From the human T2T-CHM13v2.0 reference genome, Homo sapiens: a stretch of 64,000 nt of DNA. The notes under the pieces were generated by a model that made no database searches, was not told where the DNA came from, and worked only from the letters and a program-made list of their open reading frames with translations. The DNA is taken from assembly GCF_009914755.1 (NCBI RefSeq), contig NC_060930.1; one strand, written 5' to 3'. Positions 60,954-64,000 of the stretch are shown one piece after another (position 1 is the stretch's first letter; each line of letters begins with the position of its first letter). The position numbers were made by a program, and so were the translations under genes.

Positions 60954-62699
60954 CTACAACCAGTCCCCTGTGGATACTGAGGGACGACTGTGTTAGTATT
61001 ACTGTTTCTTGTTATTGTATGGATGACTCTTTAAGTTCAGTGTAGTCTGCCTAAGCTCAGCTCAGTCCTTTATCCTAGCTCCAGACTAGAATTTCCAGCT
61101 CTTCACAAAACATACCTCCCTGGATAACCCAATAGTATATTCGAATCCTGTGTGGAAAAACTTACTTTCTTCTCTTTACCTCTAAAAAGTAAAAACATAA
61201 AGACAAAAGCAAATCCCACCTTACTCCCCGCAAATAACCCTCTTCAAGTTCTTCTTGCTCACTTCTGTGTTTTGATTGATTCTATTCCTGTGACTCCTTG
61301 GTTTCATCCCAAGGAGCCACCTCTTCACATGTGCTCTGGATTCAGTTCTTCTGTCAGGAAGGATTCACTCTCCACCTTGCACCCCGTAGCTTTGGTAACA
61401 GGCTGTGGAAGAAAGAATAATTGCTGGAGGGCTTTCTGTTCTCTGCTAGATAGGAGTGTACCTCAAAATGAGACCCAGTAGCATGCCTGTGTAGTGGGTG
61501 TGATGTGAAAATGGACACAGAATCACTGTTCTTCAGTACTTCATTCTGACTCGTGGATTTGAGGCCTCCCCTGAAGTTTGCCCTGACTTTTTCATAGCTG
61601 TGATTCTGTCAAATAGAGCCAGGATAGGAATTCTGTATCCTCAAAAGGTAGTTGTTTTACTCCCCCAAGTTGCTGAACCAGTAAGTTGGGCATCTCATCT
61701 CCATTTTTTGCTAGTTTTCCCTTCCTAATATCTGGATATTTAATTTTAATAGTTTGTGCATATGTATATAAACAAATAGATAAAATATTTAAAATAGAGA
61801 CCTCAAAGATGTATGTTTTGGCCCTTCATTATTTATTAGTGTTTTCTATTACTTTGGAAGAAAACCTGTTGTTTATAATGAAATAAAAAATTAGAGCTTT
61901 TATTAGCTTTTGACTTTGACTGTAGAAAACTAGCTATAGGTTAAGCTCACTGAACTAAATTACTGATGCTTTTTACCAAAACTGCATTTTAACCACCTCA
62001 AGAATCAGGTTGCTGTGCCCCACCCGCTTTAACCTGACTTTTGTTTGGTTTTATTGGATGCTCCCAAGCCGTAGATAATTAAAGCCCTTTCTTGTTTTCT
62101 GAGCCCCTCAATGGATCATTTTCATCTCCTTCAGCACCTCTACCATGTAGGTCCTTATATCTGTCCAGGATCATTTCTTCCTAAAGGTTCTCATGCTTTC
62201 AGTCTGTCATTCACTGTTGCAGAATTATTTTTAAACTTCAGCCCTTCCTCTGTTCCTTTCTTCTGTACGATTGTAGTGACTGCACTGCCGACTCAGGAGT
62301 TCCAGATTCTTCAGCCCTTATGAAATGTTCTGTGTGATGTGGCCTTAACCTGTCTTTCTAGCCTTATGTGTTTTTTTTTTTTTAATGTGGAACCTTGTAC
62401 TTAAGTCAGATTGAACTTTGGACTTACTACTTGAAAGTGGCTTGTGTTTTTTCGCCTTCTCTTATTTCGTTATTCTATCCTCCACTTGGAATTATACTCT
62501 TTCCCCTTCCCCAGCTGTGGAATTTTGTCAGTCAGGTTTTCTCCTCAGCTGCAACTCTTGTTCTTCCTCTCTCCTTACTGGAAACTGCATGTAACTTAGT
62601 GCCTCCTTCTGTCAAAGTTGTAGTAGTGATCTGCACTGGTTACACATGGAAATTTACTGAGGACAAGGGCTTTATCTTCATATCTCTTACACAGTCTAA

Positions 62700-63021
<322 letters not shown>

Positions 63022-63218
63022 CATAGTGATTTTTAACATACTGTTCACAGTCAGTGGAAGCCTTTGAAAATTTGAAGAGGAATACCCATTTAGAAGATTT
63101 GTGGAGGTTAGATTGGTAAAATATGGAGAAGTTAGCAGACTAGAAAGAAGTGAAACACATAAGAAGGCAAATCTAGACAAGAATGGTAGCAGTAAGAATA
63201 GAAATAAGTGGACATACA

Positions 63219-64000
<782 letters not shown>

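Overview
Primate genomic DNA (human or a very close ape), recognisable as the 6q27 RNASET2-CEP43(FGFR1OP) interval. The minus strand carries RNASET2 coding exons 1-3 (signal peptide through the catalytic WTIHGLW motif; exon 3 has a GC donor) and its CpG-island promoter (~8.7-10.3 kb). The plus strand carries CEP43 coding exons 1-5 from a CpG island at ~52.2-54.2 kb. The ~44 kb between the divergent genes is mostly transposon-derived: Alus, an Alu-interrupted L1, several ERV LTRs, a MER61-type provirus remnant with an intact tRNA-Arg primer-binding site, and a near full-length Tigger2. Nearly all ORFs in the supplied track are repeat artefacts. I found no new protein-coding system. The most unusual structures are: (1) an ~86-bp minisatellite upstream of CEP43 that hosts MIR3939 and contains a 158-bp inverted copy of it; (2) two sense-oriented solo LTRs flanking the RNASET2 start, with PU.1/IRF, E-box and AP-1 motifs, plus a splice acceptor 9 nt before the RNASET2 ATG; (3) Z-DNA- and G4-prone repeats in RNASET2 intron 1. 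Gene, miRNA and repeat-family names come from recall of known sequences, not from a database search. Repeat boundaries without stated TSDs are approximate.
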